A stretch of 64,000 nt of DNA from Tubiluchus corallicola (lineage: Eukaryota > Animalia > Priapulida). The notes beneath the pieces are model-generated. The model searched no databases and was not told the DNA's origin. It saw nothing but the letters and a program-made list of their open reading frames with translations. This document shows positions 26,988 through 42,054 of this stretch, in pieces. Where the stretch lies: positions 1 to 64,000 of the forward strand of contig JAQGDQ010000716.1 of NCBI GenBank assembly GCA_030141605.1. The letters are read 5' to 3'. A program made the position numbers and the translations under genes. Position 1 is the stretch's first letter; every line of letters starts with the position of its first letter.

Positions 26988-28133
26988 GTGGAGAGTGTCG
27001 CGGGAAATGGCACGAATCTGTGTAACTTTATCGTACAGTGCTGAAGACTGCGGCTATTGTAGAAAAAGAGTTCTGTAGTAATTTTACTCGCTTACAACAT
27101 GTGCTAAAAGGAAAGTAATTTACGATTATTGGCTCCCATTCTACAGACTGCACACCATGACTGAGTTGAGGTAGCCGTGAGTGGCTCATGTTTAGCCTGC
27201 AGTTTCTCCATAAAATAGAATAGACGTGAAGCCAAATGGCAACGGTACCTGCACAGCTGAAATTCTCTGTTCCAGGCACAGGGAAACACAAGTAAAGCCT
27301 AGTAGTGTAATTTGTTATGGTGCAAACAAAGCAGTTGTCACTTTTTGTTCAAAAATCTATTATTAATTTGTCTACAAAAGCAAATGTGTTACATAAGACT
27401 TTCTGCTATTTTACAAGAAAGTCTATTATGCGGGAGCACATTAGTATAATAATATGTCAAACAATGTAATCGTTGTTCAGGGAAAGCAGGTTTTCATGAA
27501 CATGTATGAAATGCAGCAAAAACTCTGAAGTTGATCAGGTCCACTTGAAAGTTTTTTACTTCGTTTTTTCCACAATTGCATCTTCGGGCACCACACACAT
27601 CAACTGTTTCTTAAGACTCAACAGAACGTTACAGGCATTTTGAGAAAATCCAAAATATACTGGAAGTTGGGGAAAGACGGACTGTGGCTATTATCTGCTA
27701 ATAAGTTGTTAAATAACAATGATATGCTCACACATATTGGCACAACTACTTTTTCGTTTCTCGTATAACGTTTATTACAGTAGCACGTGTGTCAAGCATA
27801 ACATAGGAACTATTAGAAAACTCGGAAAAGTTTGTAATATGGATTTTTATCTTTTTTGCGCACATGGAATAATCTACCTCATTTTGATGTAATACACTAT
27901 AAGACTCTATCTTTAATTTATGGCTACGTCTAAAACACAATTTTATAATATTCACTCATATGGCAGCTTTAAGGTTTTAGAAATAGGTTGACAATAATAT
28001 GATATTGGAACCATATCATATGCCGTGGATTGGCATTCTAATGTATGTAAAATGCAACATTATAATAGGCACGACAGCTGTTAGACAGGGTAATAATGTA
28101 ACGTCTAAAACCCCGTGTATGGTCTTAACTTTT
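26988..28133 (-). repeat. Probable source copy of the inverted duplication at 845-1990
   Basis: Near-identical reverse complement of 845-1990. A diverged homologue lies at about 46400-47890, upstream of DUF268 copy B. Confidence 0.9.
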
Positions 28134-28550
28134 TATTTCCATGCTGTAACGTTTTATTATCAGTTTCTAGTTCTACATGTTTAATAAACTTTGCGCTATT
28201 CTCTGCATAAAATAAATTCAAAATCTTTTTAACTGAATTTAAAATCTTACTAATAATTAGAACCTTCCTATATCTGCTTCTGTTATGTCAAATTCTTGAG
28301 CATTTTTGATTTGATTGTGATTTGTGATTTAAGAAATGTCATTTGTGAAAAAAATGTATGTAGCCAGGTTTCAGCTTCAATTTTTGAACTTCAAAATAAA
28401 ATTTTTCCTCTAATCCTTCCGTTTATTACCGGTGCTTCGATTCCGAAAACAAAGAAAAAAATTGGGTCAATAAACAAAAACTTTCTTCTAAACTTTTCGT
28501 ATGATGTATGAACTGTTAAGAATGACTGATTCGTTAATATTATATTGTGT

Positions 28551-28590
28551 AATAATAATAATAATACTATTAAATAATAATAATAATAAC

Positions 28591-28630
<40 letters not shown>

Positions 28631-28654
28631 GTAATAATAATAATAATAATAATA

Positions 28655-28727
<73 letters not shown>

Positions 28728-28740
28728 TAATAATAATAAA
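28551..28740. repeat. (AAT)n-(ATT)n quasi-palindromic microsatellite
   Basis: The AAT run switches to an ATT run at about 28655 with no spacer. Confidence 0.9.
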
Positions 28741-28778
28741 TAAATATATTAAGATACCAAGAATATTAATATAAGAGA

Positions 28779-30594
28779 CTAGCCAAACCCCACAAAAAGA
28801 ATTTTGTGCACAAATCAACACACAACCCACACCACACCACTCCACCTCATCACACCACACTGCACCACACCATACCACTCCACCTCATCGCACCACACTG
28901 CACCACACAATACCACCGCACCGCACCACACCATACCACCTACACCATAATACTCCACCACATCACACCGCACAGCACCACACCATAACACCACACTGCA
29001 CCACACCACCCACCCACCTACACACCACACCACCCACACCATACCACTCCACCACATCACACCACACTGCACCATACCACTGCAGCACACCGCACCACCC
29101 ACACACCACACAACACCACACCACCCACACCATACAACTCCACCACATCACACCACACTGCACCACACCATACCACTCCACCACATCACACCACACTGCA
29201 CCACACCATACCACTGCACCACCCACGCACTACTCCACACCACCCACACCATAATACTCCACCACATCACACCGCACAGCACCACACCATAACACCACAC
29301 TGCACCACACCACTCGCCCACCTACACGCCACACCACCCACAGCATACCACTCCACCACATCACATCACACCGCACCACACCATACCACTGCAGCACACC
29401 ACACCACCCACACACCACACCACATCACCCACACCATACGACTCCACCACATCACACCACACTGCACCACACCATACCACTGCACTGCACCACCCACACA
29501 CCACACCACACCACCCACACCATAATACTCCACCACATCACACCGCACTGCACCACAACACCCACACACCATGCCACCCACTCCATACCACACTACCCAC
29601 ACCACACCCCACACACCCTATCACCCCACCACACCATCCATAGCACAACACACAAAGCACACCACCACCACACCATATCAAATCCACCACCTCACGTGGT
29701 GATCATGATGTTAATGATGATGATGATGATGGTGGCAACGATGACGACACCTATAGCACAAGCACCAACTGCACAGCATTACAACAAAACCATTCCAAAC
29801 ATTTTTCACAAAGTTGAAACTATGTGCTATAATATAATAAATAGCAAAGGCCCCGCAAAAGATTTTGCGTGAAAAACCACGTGTAATCAATAATACGCGA
29901 ACGTCCTACACAGTCCTCATTTATAACACAACGCCCGTAACATCCTGCCTACCGTTTGTTTAACTAACGCAAACCCGTAGCAGGCAGCTTTTTGCTGAAT
30001 TAAAGTTATAAGATTACAGCAGAGTACAATGGATGACGTCACGACAATGCCTTTGCGTCTGCAGTTTTCTAAGTGAAAATTGCCGAAAATAGAACTCCTA
30101 ATTAACTCGTTGATACTCCTCTCGGTGGACCTGCCCTAACATATAGCTCACATCATCGTGTAGCCCTGTCCTTCCTCTTTGTAAAGAGCCATATATCTCC
30201 TTCCGAGAGTCCCACCAGGCGCCGCTATTACGTTTTTTCCACAGGCTGTTTGGTCAAAATTTCGAAAAAATCGCGAGTTGTGTCCGGGAAAACGCCCGTT
30301 ACGGGGCGCCGTGGCCCTCTCGCGAATTCTAAATACGCCTATGACACCCACGCTGAACGGGCTATCTATCCATGGCCAGCACCACCCATGACCAATTTCC
30401 GTTCCCTAGATCTCAGACGTATAACTTTTGCAAAAACGGCCGAAAAAGGGCCATTTTTGGAGGTTTTTCGCCCCCATTCCTCCCGGTGGGCCCGATTCGA
30501 AAAATAAACCCCCAATGAGACGACACTAGATCGAGACCTTTCGTTTGATATATAGATCGCAAATGGTGCCCTCCTCCGGGCTGTAGCCTCGAAT

Positions 30595-30628
<34 letters not shown>

Positions 30629-30652
30629 AAGAATATTAACATAAGAGTATAG

Positions 30653-30653
<1 letters not shown>
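28779..30653 (-). mobile_element. Full-length extended Helitron (~1.9 kb)
   Basis: Same architecture as 3806-5486: A|TC at 30653, internal CTAT at 29841-29844, outer hairpin+CTAG at 28779-28782. Confidence 0.8.
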
Positions 30654-30705
<52 letters not shown>

Positions 30706-31379
30706 CATAATAATAACGATCATGATAATGATAATAAATGTAATAATAATAACAATATAAACCGAGAACTTTACCTGTCTAATCTTCCAAGTATCCTCAT
30801 CCCCACTTCTGTCTAGCACAAAATCACGTACAATCAGTTGTTTACCCAAGAGCAGTCATGTTCGATCTGTAATGACAGTAACAGTTTGAAATCTTGTCAG
30901 TCGCTGTGTAACTTTTCTGCAATTCTGAGTTTAAAAATCAGAAGCAACTTCCGTATCATGTGATGTTCCTGAGAGTCTTTCCCTTATAGGAATTTTAATA
31001 TAATAGGCCTGATTAGACGAGTCTGTGCATGCGAAAACACGAACCAAATATCTTATAGAAAACTATTTTCTTTCAGGTTTCGCCATGTTTACCGTTGCGT
31101 TGCAGCCTCTTCACAGCATCGTAGTTAAACGAAAATCAGATTTCGTACAATGAGTGAAAGTACCAAGACTTCTGCCCTGCAAATTGTTATATAAAGATTA
31201 AGGTTTGCGCAATATTGTTTATTGTTGTTGCTGTTGTTGTTGTTGTAAATGATATTTTTGTTGTTGATGATTTTTTGCTGTTGTTATTGTCATTGCCACT
31301 GTTTCTGCAGAATGGACATTTAGAAGTGGTTGACGTCTCGGAAAAATTAATCTGTCTAATTCGGTAAGAAACAGCAATT

Positions 31380-31700
31380 CTTCAAAGCGAGTAACATAAT
31401 GTCAACTAAATCTTACACTCGAACCACCTCTAATCCCTCAAGAAACATTCAAATTACATCGAATAGCTTTCATTCGACTGCATTTACAAGAACATCGTTT
31501 GGAAATTGAAGCAGACAGGTGGAGCCACCAACAACGAGAACATAGATTATGCCCATGTGAATCTATACAAACAGAAAAACATATTAATAAGCTGTTCTCA
31601 AACTGATCACTTAAGAAGGCAGTTCACCGATGTAGACTTCGGATCATTAACTTCAATATTGTCTTGCAAAAATCATTTAAAAGTTGTTATCTTTTTCTGA
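31380..31700 (+). mobile_element. LINE ORF2 C-terminal fragment, highly degenerate
   Basis: IAFIRLHLQEHRLEIEADRWS...REHRLCPC. Confidence 0.55.
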
Positions 31701-34079
31701 AAGTGTTTGAGTAGTGTGTGTATACATTTAAGTTAAACTACATTGTGTGAATTAATAGTTTAATAGTGAAGCAGTGTTTGGATGTCGTGTAATGTAACTT
31801 TGTAAACACTGTGGAGTAATTCTGTGTTACCACACCATTGTTAAATATATGTTTTGTTGTAAAAAACTAGTCAACAAAAACTACTACTGCTACTAGCAAA
31901 ACATTTACATCATTTTTTAGTTACATCATCAATTTACATCAATTTACATCATCAATTGTAGTTACAACTGTAGGAATGCATTGAGGCGGGAAAGGAATCT
32001 GCCATTACTGAATTTGAATTCATGAAAAGAAACCTGTAGATTGAGGAAGAAGCATTAGAAATGGCGATGAGTGCTCGTGAAGGCCATTCTAATAAGTTTC
32101 TTAAATTTGGTTGACTTAAGATAATCAAATCAACAAGAATTCAACTCGTTCGGTGAGTGAAAGATGATACCTCAATAATTAATAGTATAATAAAGTGTTT
32201 ATTATCACGAAGACATTAGTCCGTTCTTTACACTGTTTCTGCAAGACTTACTCACAGGTAATTCAATAAAACCATCAAACAACTCTAAAAAGACACTGAT
32301 ATGACACTAAAATGGTGAATTCTTAACTGACCGTCCATTCAAAAAGACATTCCTTTCTCAAGTGAAAAGACGTGGGCGGATGTGGCGTGATGAGTATCAA
32401 CCTACCGAAGAATTTGACGAAATTCCAGACTCTCAGTACGACTTGACAAAAAGCTATCCCAGTTATATATAATTGTTATGAGGGAAACAAAGTCATAGAT
32501 CATCAATATTAAATCGGCTTCGGTCACAGTGACAAGCATAATACGACAGGGAGAGTACTGTTCAACCAGATGCTTTTTGCTGTCAATGTTAATGACAGAA
32601 GCCTTCTTAAGCAAACCAGTAAATTAACGACAATCATTGAGGTTGACCTTGAACAAAGGTCAGAGGTCAACACACAGCGGTCCCTTCCTCCCACATGAGT
32701 TCTGTGGGTTTCGTTATCCTTGCTTGTATATTTTTAGAGCTATTAAGCAAAACGTAACAGTGTAATATACACAATGAAGTTCCAGAAGCTTTGTTGTGGC
32801 AAAATCTTTATAACTACAAGTAAGCCTGCTAGTACGGTACAGTATGAAAAAATACTGTACTTGGTACATTGAAAAAATACCGTACAGTGCTTCCGTACAG
32901 TACCTGCAAAATTGAATCGTATCGCATTTGTACGATAAAATACGTTTCGTGCCCTAACTTACAAGTCTAACGAACTATTAAGCGAAACGTTTACAGAAAA
33001 AATAAGTTAACAAATAACTGTATTCGTCCTTAACAGTACCAAGTGTGTATCTGCGAACGTTTTGGAAATATAAGCCTCCAAAATGGAGGACCATTTCGTG
33101 ACCTTTTAGTGACCTTTTACAAAAACGTCCAGAATGCTGTTGTTAGGAATCATTCCTGAACGTTTTGCAGCTGTATCCAGTCAATCCCCTTTTTTCTTCT
33201 CACAGACTACTAGTCTGTGGCCTCGATATATGCCATTTTGCGAGCTTTGTTGCTCGCGGATTTTTATTCAATAAAGAACAATGCTTAAACTTGTGTGTTT
33301 GACAAACTCGGCCCGGTCTCAGTGCAACAATCTACGCCAGACATAACAGATCAAACCAATAAAAAGCTGTGATTTTATCACTTATCATCTGGTATTAACC
33401 CGTTAACTATTACTTTGACTGGCATTGACTTCTCCATGCAAGATCTGTTGTGCGCGGGAAAATTTTGACTGCAACAATTTCCATCAGACAATAATGCAGA
33501 GATCCCAGGGCATTATTGATGTTCAGATTAAACACTAAGGCACTTTACAATCAGTCGATTTAATACTAATTAAGATAAAATTAATGTAGCAGCCATAAAA
33601 CGACATGCAAAAGAATTGGCGATATTAAACAGTGTGTTGGGATTCTACTGTGATGGAGAGGCCAAGCAATGTAATCTGGTAACTTTTAAAGCACAGACTA
33701 ATTAAAACGACTTCTAAACTTTTATGCATTTTAGTCAGAGCATTGAATGATTGAAAACAAAGTCATATATAGATAACTGTAGTAATTATCCAAATATGAC
33801 CTAATGGTTAGTTTACCTTTAATTACGTTTGTTAAATTTAAAATCAAATGTGTCAGAAAAAAATGCAAGTTGAGAAAATGTGACGAAGCTCCGAAGTTAA
33901 ATGAAGTTGAGTAAACACTTAATGATAACATTTCCTTTATGTGGAGAATGTGGTAGTAAAGAGTCTTAGCTCAGTACAAAGAACAATTGTCTTAGACAAA
34001 ACATTAAATTAATGTCCATAGAAAAATACGAAAATGCTTTTTCTGATAAAAGTTGCTCAAAATAGGAACATCAGTGTCT

Positions 34080-34680
34080 ATGTAGGAAAGCTGTCATATT
34101 CAAGGTTGGTCATTAACCAGAAACTCTCACGCTGGTAAAATTGCAGTAGGATCTCCTTAACCAGCTTTGCGTGAAGGAAGCAAACAGATTATTATAATTG
34201 TTCTTTGCGGGAGGGCGCAAGATGGGGTTTAGATAAATACTTCACCGAGATTTATAATTAAGCTGCTCTTTTGTGTGCAGAGAGCAGGTCTGAAGTGGTC
34301 AAAAGCGGGGCTCATTATTTTGTCGGCATTTTTCGACCATTATAGAGGAAATTGTTGAAGATTACAATCTTTCTTTGTGTGCAGGGCGTGAACTCAAATA
34401 CTTTATGGGATTTACAAAACCATTATAAGCTGCTCTTTGAGTGGAGAAAGCATCTCAGGTGGTCTGTAATTTGTTTTATTCTAATCGTCGCAGCTTTGAG
34501 TGCAGGGCGTGAACTGCGTCTCAACTCAAATACTTTACAGGATTTACATTATAAGCTGCTCTTTGAGTGGAGAAAGCATCTCAGGTGGTCTGTAATTTGG
34601 CAAGTTTTATTCTAATCGTCGCAGCTTTAAAAGCAAAGATGAAGTAAACTAATCATACGCATCATTTCCCCTCAGGATTT
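34080..34680 (-). repeat. Inverted copy of the composite repeat family (matches ~18740-19510)
   Basis: TAGGAAAGCTGTCATATTCAAGG is the reverse complement of about 19489-19511, and the subunits are shared. Confidence 0.7.
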
Positions 34681-35177
34681 AAAAAAAAATCGCAGGTGCA
34701 AACTGGATTGACAAGTAGCTTTTGTAGAGTGAAAATTAGGGGTGGAATATTCTGCCAAAAAAGGAGCGCACAAAGACAAAGAAACGATTACTACTTCAAT
34801 TATTAAATTATTAATTATGAAATTAAACTGCGCAAGCATGCAATTTTCAGTTGCTCAACTAGAAGTTTTTTAATGTGTTGAACAACTAAAATCCATGAAA
34901 GCTTGCAGACATATGCAACTAAAAATTGCGCAAATTTCAGTCTGCGTCTGAAAAGTTTAGTTGCTCAACTGTTTTACTTGAGTGAGCACAGACAGGCAAT
35001 TTTTACCAAACACAATTGTTAAAGGAAGACAAGATGATTTTTAACATACTACCCCATTTTCAATTCCGATAAAAGTATACATTTTAACACAATTGATACT
35101 GCAAAAATATTTCTGATAATTAAATTATAAATTAAAAACTTGATTAATGGCGGGCGAGCACAACTATTGATGAAATC

Positions 35178-35865
35178 ACAAGTGGTCAAAGGGGGGGGGG
35201 GTCATTATTTTCTGCGCTTTTTCCATCATTACTGAATTCCTGACGGAGATTATTGAAGATTAAAATCGTTCTCTGTGCGCAGGGCGTGAGCCGCGTCTCA
35301 GCTAAACAATTTCAACTAACCTCCTCTTCGTGTGTAGAGAGCAGGTCTCAAGTGGTCAAAAGCGGGGGTCAATATTTTCTGCGCTTTTTCCATCATTACT
35401 GAATTCCTGGGGGAGATTATTGAAGATTAAAATCGCTCTCTGTGCGCAGGGCGTGAACCGCGTCTCAGCTGAACACATTTCAACTAACCTCCTCTTCGTG
35501 TGTAGAGAGCAGGTCTCAAGTGGTCAAAAGCGGGGGTCATTATTTTCTGCGCTTTTTCCATCATTACTGAATTCCTGACGGAGATTATTGAAGATTAAAA
35601 TCGTTCTCTGTGCGCAGGGCGTGAACTGCATCTCCGCTCAACACATTTCAACTAACCTCCTCTTCGTGTGTAGAGAGCAGGTCTCAAGTGGGTAGAAAGC
35701 GGGGGTCATTATTTTCTGCGCTTTTTCCATTATTACTGAATTCCTGGAGGAGATTATTGAAGATTAAAATCGCTCTCTGTGCGCAGGGCGTGAACCGCGT
35801 CTCCGCTCAACACATTTTAACAAACCTCCTCTTCGTGTGCAGAGAGCATGTCTCAAGTGGGTTGC
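35178..35865 (-). repeat. ~179 bp tandem array (about 4 units) of the composite repeat family
   Basis: Repeated CAAGTGGTCAAAAGCGGGGGTCATTATTTTCTGCGCTTTTTCC... Confidence 0.9.
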
Positions 35866-36749
35866 AAGCGGGGAGGGGGGGTTGTTCTTTTGAAAGATTT
35901 TAAAGCATCACAGCCTTGTGAGTGAAGTTGAAGTAAACTAATCATACAGGAAACAGAATTAAGTAAAGAGAATTTAAAAACTATTTATAAAAGGTCACAA
36001 ACTGCTGGGTCAAAATAGTTTTGTATTGTTTTACCGCCCCGTTCCCCCGCCAAGTTCGAAACAGGGCGAGAGGAAGCGGTTCGAAAACTACATCCTGGAA
36101 CGAGGTTAATAATCCAAACAACTGGGAGAAATTTACCAGCTTTGAAAGAGCGGCATAAGCCCCGTCCAACATATTTGACTAACTTTGTCAAATTTAAATG
36201 TTAATATTTGAAAGAATCTTTGTAATAGAAATAAACAAATAACTGATTAAAAATAAAACAAAAAAGAGAGTCTACCCTTGAATGCTTACCACTCCCTCAC
36301 ATTGACACCGAAACTGTTGGGAGACAAGTCCTGGAAGGGGAGGTGCAGGCTTGTCCTGTTTGGAGGTCAAACTCCAGCAACCACTGGACTAAAGGAAACA
36401 GAATGAGGCACTTATATTTATAGACTTTGCACAGGTGAAATAGGCAGGTATTTGAATTTGAGCCAATCAGAAGGTAGGATTTTATGCAGGTAAGATTATT
36501 AAATTTTGATCTCCAGGGGTGAAATTTTGAAATAAGTTTGATACCCAGCGCATACTCAGAATCCTTGAGTGATTGAAAGTTTGAAAGCAAAACAGGACTA
36601 AGCTCAGCCCTGCAACAATAGACTCATGCAGCAAATGATACAAAAATGATTACAAGCACCATATCTTCATGGATTTTTTATTTTCGACTTTTTAAACATT
36701 TCATACTGTGCTGCACGCTTAAAAAAATTCGTCGACATACTTGCATAAC

Positions 36750-36798
36750 TTATTATTATTATTATTATTATTGTTATCATTATTATTATTATTATTAA

Positions 36799-36853
<55 letters not shown>

Positions 36854-36905
36854 GTTATCATTATTATTATTATTATTAATATTATTATTATTATTATTAT
36901 TATTT
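36750..36905. repeat. (ATT)n microsatellite (another at 37800-37927)
   Basis: Directly visible. Confidence 0.95.
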
Positions 36906-37800
36906 TTTATGCACACGAAATAAATACATGAGAAAAAAGTAAACAGTGAAATTTTATAGCTATAATCAATATGAAGTTTGTGTCTACCACTGTGTGCCAT
37001 ATGTGACAGCAAGGAACTAAATCCTTGGACTGGCCACTGCCTGTCATACATCAAGTAGTTGAGCTAAAAAAAATTACGCATTAAGAAATTATACAAAAGA
37101 AACAAAAGTATAAGAATTTACAAAATACTAACAATTTACAAAAATTTACAGTTTATTTAAATCTACAAATAGGAACTACGACGAACTGACAACGCAGCGT
37201 TACCCACGCATAAAGTCACCTAAAATTAAAGCTTTAAAAGGGAAGAAAAGGCTATTTTAAAATATACCAAAAAAACGTTCCATACAAAGTTGTATTTCTT
37301 TGTGTTACACTAACCTGCTTGAAAGACTTATGTAATTCAAAAAGAAAATTCTTAATAATTTAAAAAAGTTCGCGCCACCTGGTAAAACGACACTGACATG
37401 CCATCCCAGTGTGCACCACTGATTCACCAAAATCATATTATTGATGTTATTAACATATAAATTAATTTAAACGTTTACATAGTTAGTGAAGAGTACGCCA
37501 AGAAGGCTCTGATTATTCTTTCAAACTTTACTCAATGTCATCAAATGTTATTCAAAACAACACCCACAAATGGCAACACCAAACGGTCATCATTGGACTT
37601 TAAATTTACAAGTTTTATACTGCGTTACTGCTAACGCAAGCTCTTTGCGTAATAAGACATCACGAAAGTGATATAATATTTCAAGACGCTTTTTATAAAT
37701 TATTTATGAAAAGTGGTTTCTCGTGCTTTTAAAGCCGCGTGTGTAGAACTGTGCACTACGTACCTACTGTACCAGCTATTTTTTAGCTTTCTGTTCTTTA

Positions 37801-37916
<116 letters not shown>

Positions 37917-38246
37917 GCTATTATTATCACTAACATGTACCATATACGGACCGTGTTTTAACAATATTTAACTATTACTTAGGTTTTTTTATATTAATAT
38001 GCGTCGTTTGAATGAATTTTATTAGAAAAATACATTTTATTGTTTAACTATGATTATGTTCGTTTAATGATAATGACGTTGTTGATAATGATGACAACAA
38101 TGGTGACAGCATGTATTTAATGCAAGGAATGAAAGCAAAGATAAAACTTTTTTAAAATCTTTTTATTTGTTTGAGATATAATTTCATTGTTGCTTGAGAT
38201 CAACGAACAAAGAAAAGATATCATAGCCGTTGCCGTTGCCGTTGCA

Positions 38247-38902
38247 GTTGCTGACATTGTTATTCCTACTATCATTATTTTAGTTGCTGACATTGTTATT
38301 CAAATTATCATTATTTCAGTTGCTGACATTGTTATTCAAATTATCATTATTTCAGTTGATGACATTGTTATTCCCACTATCATTATTTTAGCTGATAACA
38401 TTGTTATTCCCACTATCATTATTTCAGTTGCTGACATTGTTATTCCCACTATCATTATTTTAGTTGCTGACATTGTTATTCTCACTATCATTATTTTAGT
38501 TGCTGACATTGTTATTCCCACTATCATTATTTTAGCTGATAACATTGTTATTCCCACTATCATTATTTTAGTTGCTGACATTGTTATTCCCACTGTCATT
38601 ATTTTAGTTGCTGACATTGTTATTCCCACTATCATTATTTTATTTGCTGACATTGTTATTCCCACTATCCTTATTTTAGTTGCTGACATTGTTATTCACA
38701 CAATCATTATTTTAGTTGTAACATTGTTATTCCCACTATCATTATTTTAGCTGATAACATTGTTATTCCCACTATCATTATTTTAGTTGATGGCATTGTT
38801 ATTCCCACTATCATTATTTTAGTTGCTGACATTGTTATTCCCACTATCATTATTTTAGTTGACGACATTGTTATTCACACTATGATTATTTTAGTTGCTG
38901 AT
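38247..38902. repeat. 36 bp tandem minisatellite, about 18 copies
   Basis: Unit GTTGCTGACATTGTTATTCCCACTATCATTATTTTA. Confidence 0.95.
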
Positions 38903-39166
38903 ATCTCCTTCCGAGAGTCCCACCAGGCGCCGCTAGAGCGTTGTTTCTGCAGGTTGTTTGACCAAAACTTTTCTAAGAAATCGCGAGTTGGGTCCGGGAA
39001 AACGCCCGTTACGGGACGCCGTGGCCTTCTCGCAAATTCTAAATACACATATGACACCCAGCGCTGAACGGGCTATCTATCCATAGGCAGCACCTATGGT
39101 CCGTTCCCCTTCTTCAGATGTCAGGCATATAACTTTTGCAAAAAACGGCCAAAAAATGGCCATTTT

Positions 39167-39170
<4 letters not shown>
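38900..39170 (-). mobile_element. Internal Helitron fragment
   Basis: ATATCTCCTTCCGAGAGTCCCACCAGGCGCCGCT...GGCCATTTTTGGAG matches the family core. It is bounded by the minisatellite and (GA)n. Confidence 0.75.
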
Positions 39171-39207
<37 letters not shown>

Positions 39208-39241
39208 GGGGACAGACATAGAGAGAGACTGACAACGGTAG

Positions 39242-39300
<59 letters not shown>

Positions 39301-39316
39301 GAGAGGGGGGGAGAGG

Positions 39317-39368
<52 letters not shown>

Positions 39369-39431
39369 TTGGAGAGAGAGAAAGGGAGAGAGAAAGAGTT
39401 GGAGAGAGAGAAAGGGAGAGAGAAAGAGTTG

Positions 39432-39462
<31 letters not shown>

Positions 39463-39572
39463 TTGGAGAGAGAGAGAGAGTTTGAGAGAGAGAGAGATAG
39501 AGTTGGAGAGAGTGAGCGAGAGAGAGAGAGAGAGAGATAGAGTTGGAGAGAGTGAGCGAGAGAGAGAGAGAG
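39168..39572. repeat. (GA)n compound microsatellite
   Basis: Directly visible. Confidence 0.95.
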
Positions 39573-39679
39573 ACAATCCAGTGTCCTTGAGCACAGGGTT
39601 GGGGCAATGACATTTAAGGATGAAGACAAAGATTGCTCTCACTGTTTGGATTCTATAGCTTGAAAAATGCATTTATCCT

Positions 39680-40030
39680 CCAACCTATTAGTGGCAGAGG
39701 GAGAATATTTTCTTGCCGAGCAAATATTTTGCAACGCTAATTTTCTAAAGAACAGAAAGTTTGAGAGCACTCATCCCCAGGGAGGAGAGCTAATACCTTA
39801 AACCTATTAGCGGCAGAGAGCGCTTATTTTTTCTAGCCGTGCAAATATTTTGTAAAGCTAGTTTTCTAAAGAACAGAAAGTTTGAGAGCCTTCACCCCCA
39901 GGGACGAGCTAATACCAAAAAAGCTTAGTGACAGAGAGCACTTGTTTCTACCTGGGTGAATATTCAGCATACCTAATTTTCTAAAGGACAAAAGGTTTGT
40001 GAGCGCTCACAGCGTGGGAAAAGCTAATCC
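39680..40030. repeat. ~120 bp diverged tandem repeat, 3 units
   Basis: Recurring TTAG.GGCAGAG ... TTTTCTAAAGAACAGAAAGTTTGAGAGC ... GAGCTAAT. Confidence 0.7.
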
Positions 40031-40737
40031 GTCCAAAGAACTGTTTACCTTTGTGATGATTGTCATTACTTTCGCAAATAAGACCCAGGCGGTTGAGCAT
40101 CCAGCAAAGCTAATATTCTAAATAACAAAAAAAAAACTTACAAGGACTCACCTGTGGAAAAGCAAATAAGAGTTCAGAATTATTTACCTTTGTGATGAGG
40201 GGCAAGACGTTATTACACTAATCCTTCATTTCAGCGTCTTTTTGAAAGGTAAGCGACCTGTATGGGGACACAGAAAGAAACAGTCTCTTCCTTTTTATGT
40301 AATTTCAAATGACATGCAGACGTACAAGGCTCATTTTTATTTTATCATCATCATTATCAATATTATCATTACATCCCACGGGAGCCAAAGATCGCATTTA
40401 AGGAACCATTCTATCATAGGACGTACAATTATTGCAGCAAAGTAGTTCTCATGTTGCAAACAATAGTGCGTTTTTCGACAAAATTTCCTAAGCCTTAAAT
40501 ATCTTACCTGGAGGGGGGGACACCATAGCGTTTCATTTTAGGTAAAGAGGGAAATCAGACACAAAATATTTGTCCTTTGAGGGCTGTCAGTGGTCAAATT
40601 AAAAATGGCCGCCATTGAAAATGGCAAACTCTCCAAATCGTCATTAATTTGCCAATATTAACCTAGAACTTCAACAATAAAGCATTTAAATTTGTTAAAT
40701 TTTATTTACAATCTACTAAAATACATCATACCAAGTG

Positions 40738-40850
40738 CATCATATCAATGGTAGCACGATTGCGCACACCATGAGGTCGTGGGTTCAACTCCCGACTGAG
40801 TCATGGAAAAATGTTACCACTCGTTCTGCGACCAAGCACGTGGGTTATGA
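40738..40850 (+). mobile_element. Degenerate tRNA-derived SINE head
   Basis: A-box-like ATGGTAGC and B-box GGGTTCAACTCCC, but no complete cloverleaf. Confidence 0.4.
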
Positions 40851-42054
40851 TAAACGGAAACAAGTTACTTAAGATGTTATTGCTGGACTATGAATATTCA
40901 TAAACGAAATTAATAATTTTATTATTATATCTTGAAAGAAAATTTCAATGATTTTTGAGCCCGATTCTTAAGTAACCAGTTTTTTGGAAACGGATCATTT
41001 AAGTCAAATATTTGACAACATTTCAACTAAAAAGATTTCCCTAGATCCGTAGATACAGGCGTTGTAGCTGTTATTCTCCCCGCACACTGAACGGCTCGTT
41101 GGAAAGGATCGTTTGCGTCCTTGGTAGCGACTATAACGCTTCTTTTCCACATCAGTGCGATATTGATGTTTGTGAAGTGAATATTCAAGTAGTTATTAAA
41201 TCATTAAAGTTAATGCCCAGTCATTTTTTATAATTATGAAAAACAACAACTTAAGGCAGGAAATAAAGAATTAAATCTAATACCCCAGTTTTTGTGCGCG
41301 CAATTACGTGAATTAATTAATAAAGAGTTAAATCTTATCAATTTGAACATTTGCGGTACTGTATCTGCACACGCCAAACTGCGGCTGCGTATTTTGAATG
41401 ACGTCACAGCAGGATTGACATAAAAGCATTATGGGATGTCTGCGCCTGTTTTCTGCGTAGTAAATGATACATGAATAAATAAACGCTTTATTTTACAAAT
41501 ATAAACCCAAATACAATTAACAAATACCAAACATAAATAAATAACGCATACAGTAAGCAGCATACATGATACAGTAGCTACTGTACAGCTGTCATGTGTT
41601 GAACTGTTGCTAATACATGTTTGTTTGCAACTTTTTTGTATGTTCTACGTGAGCAAAATATACCGAGATTCCGACCCGGAAGTGGACAGTAAATGGCTGG
41701 CAATGGTTTCTTGCACGTAAACCAGATCTTATAGTTTCTTGCCTTGATGTCATTAATAAATGGCCGCTCGACCGCTGAATTGCGTATACACAGCAATTTG
41801 TGTACGTGAAATCCCTGAAGGCCTAATTATTATTATTCACATGATTATTTTATTATTTTACAAAAGCAAATGTAATATCATTTCAACACGTGTTCTTCAA
41901 TCATGTGTTCTTTAAACTTTTGCTAAAATTGTTGGTGAGGCTGGACTTTTACTTTAAAACATCTGTAGTAAGCGCGGGCTTTTCTGTATACACTGATGAT
42001 TAAGTACGCTTACACAGTCTGTAATTAGTAGGTCTGAGTGTCTGACAGAGAAAT

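Noticed and set aside
38187-38750. Hydrophobic 187-aa repeat protein
   Set aside because: It is a translation of the 36-bp minisatellite, with no ATG start and a frame broken by an indel.
40738-40810. tRNA gene
   Set aside because: A B-box is present, but no convincing acceptor or anticodon stems. Treated as a SINE relic.
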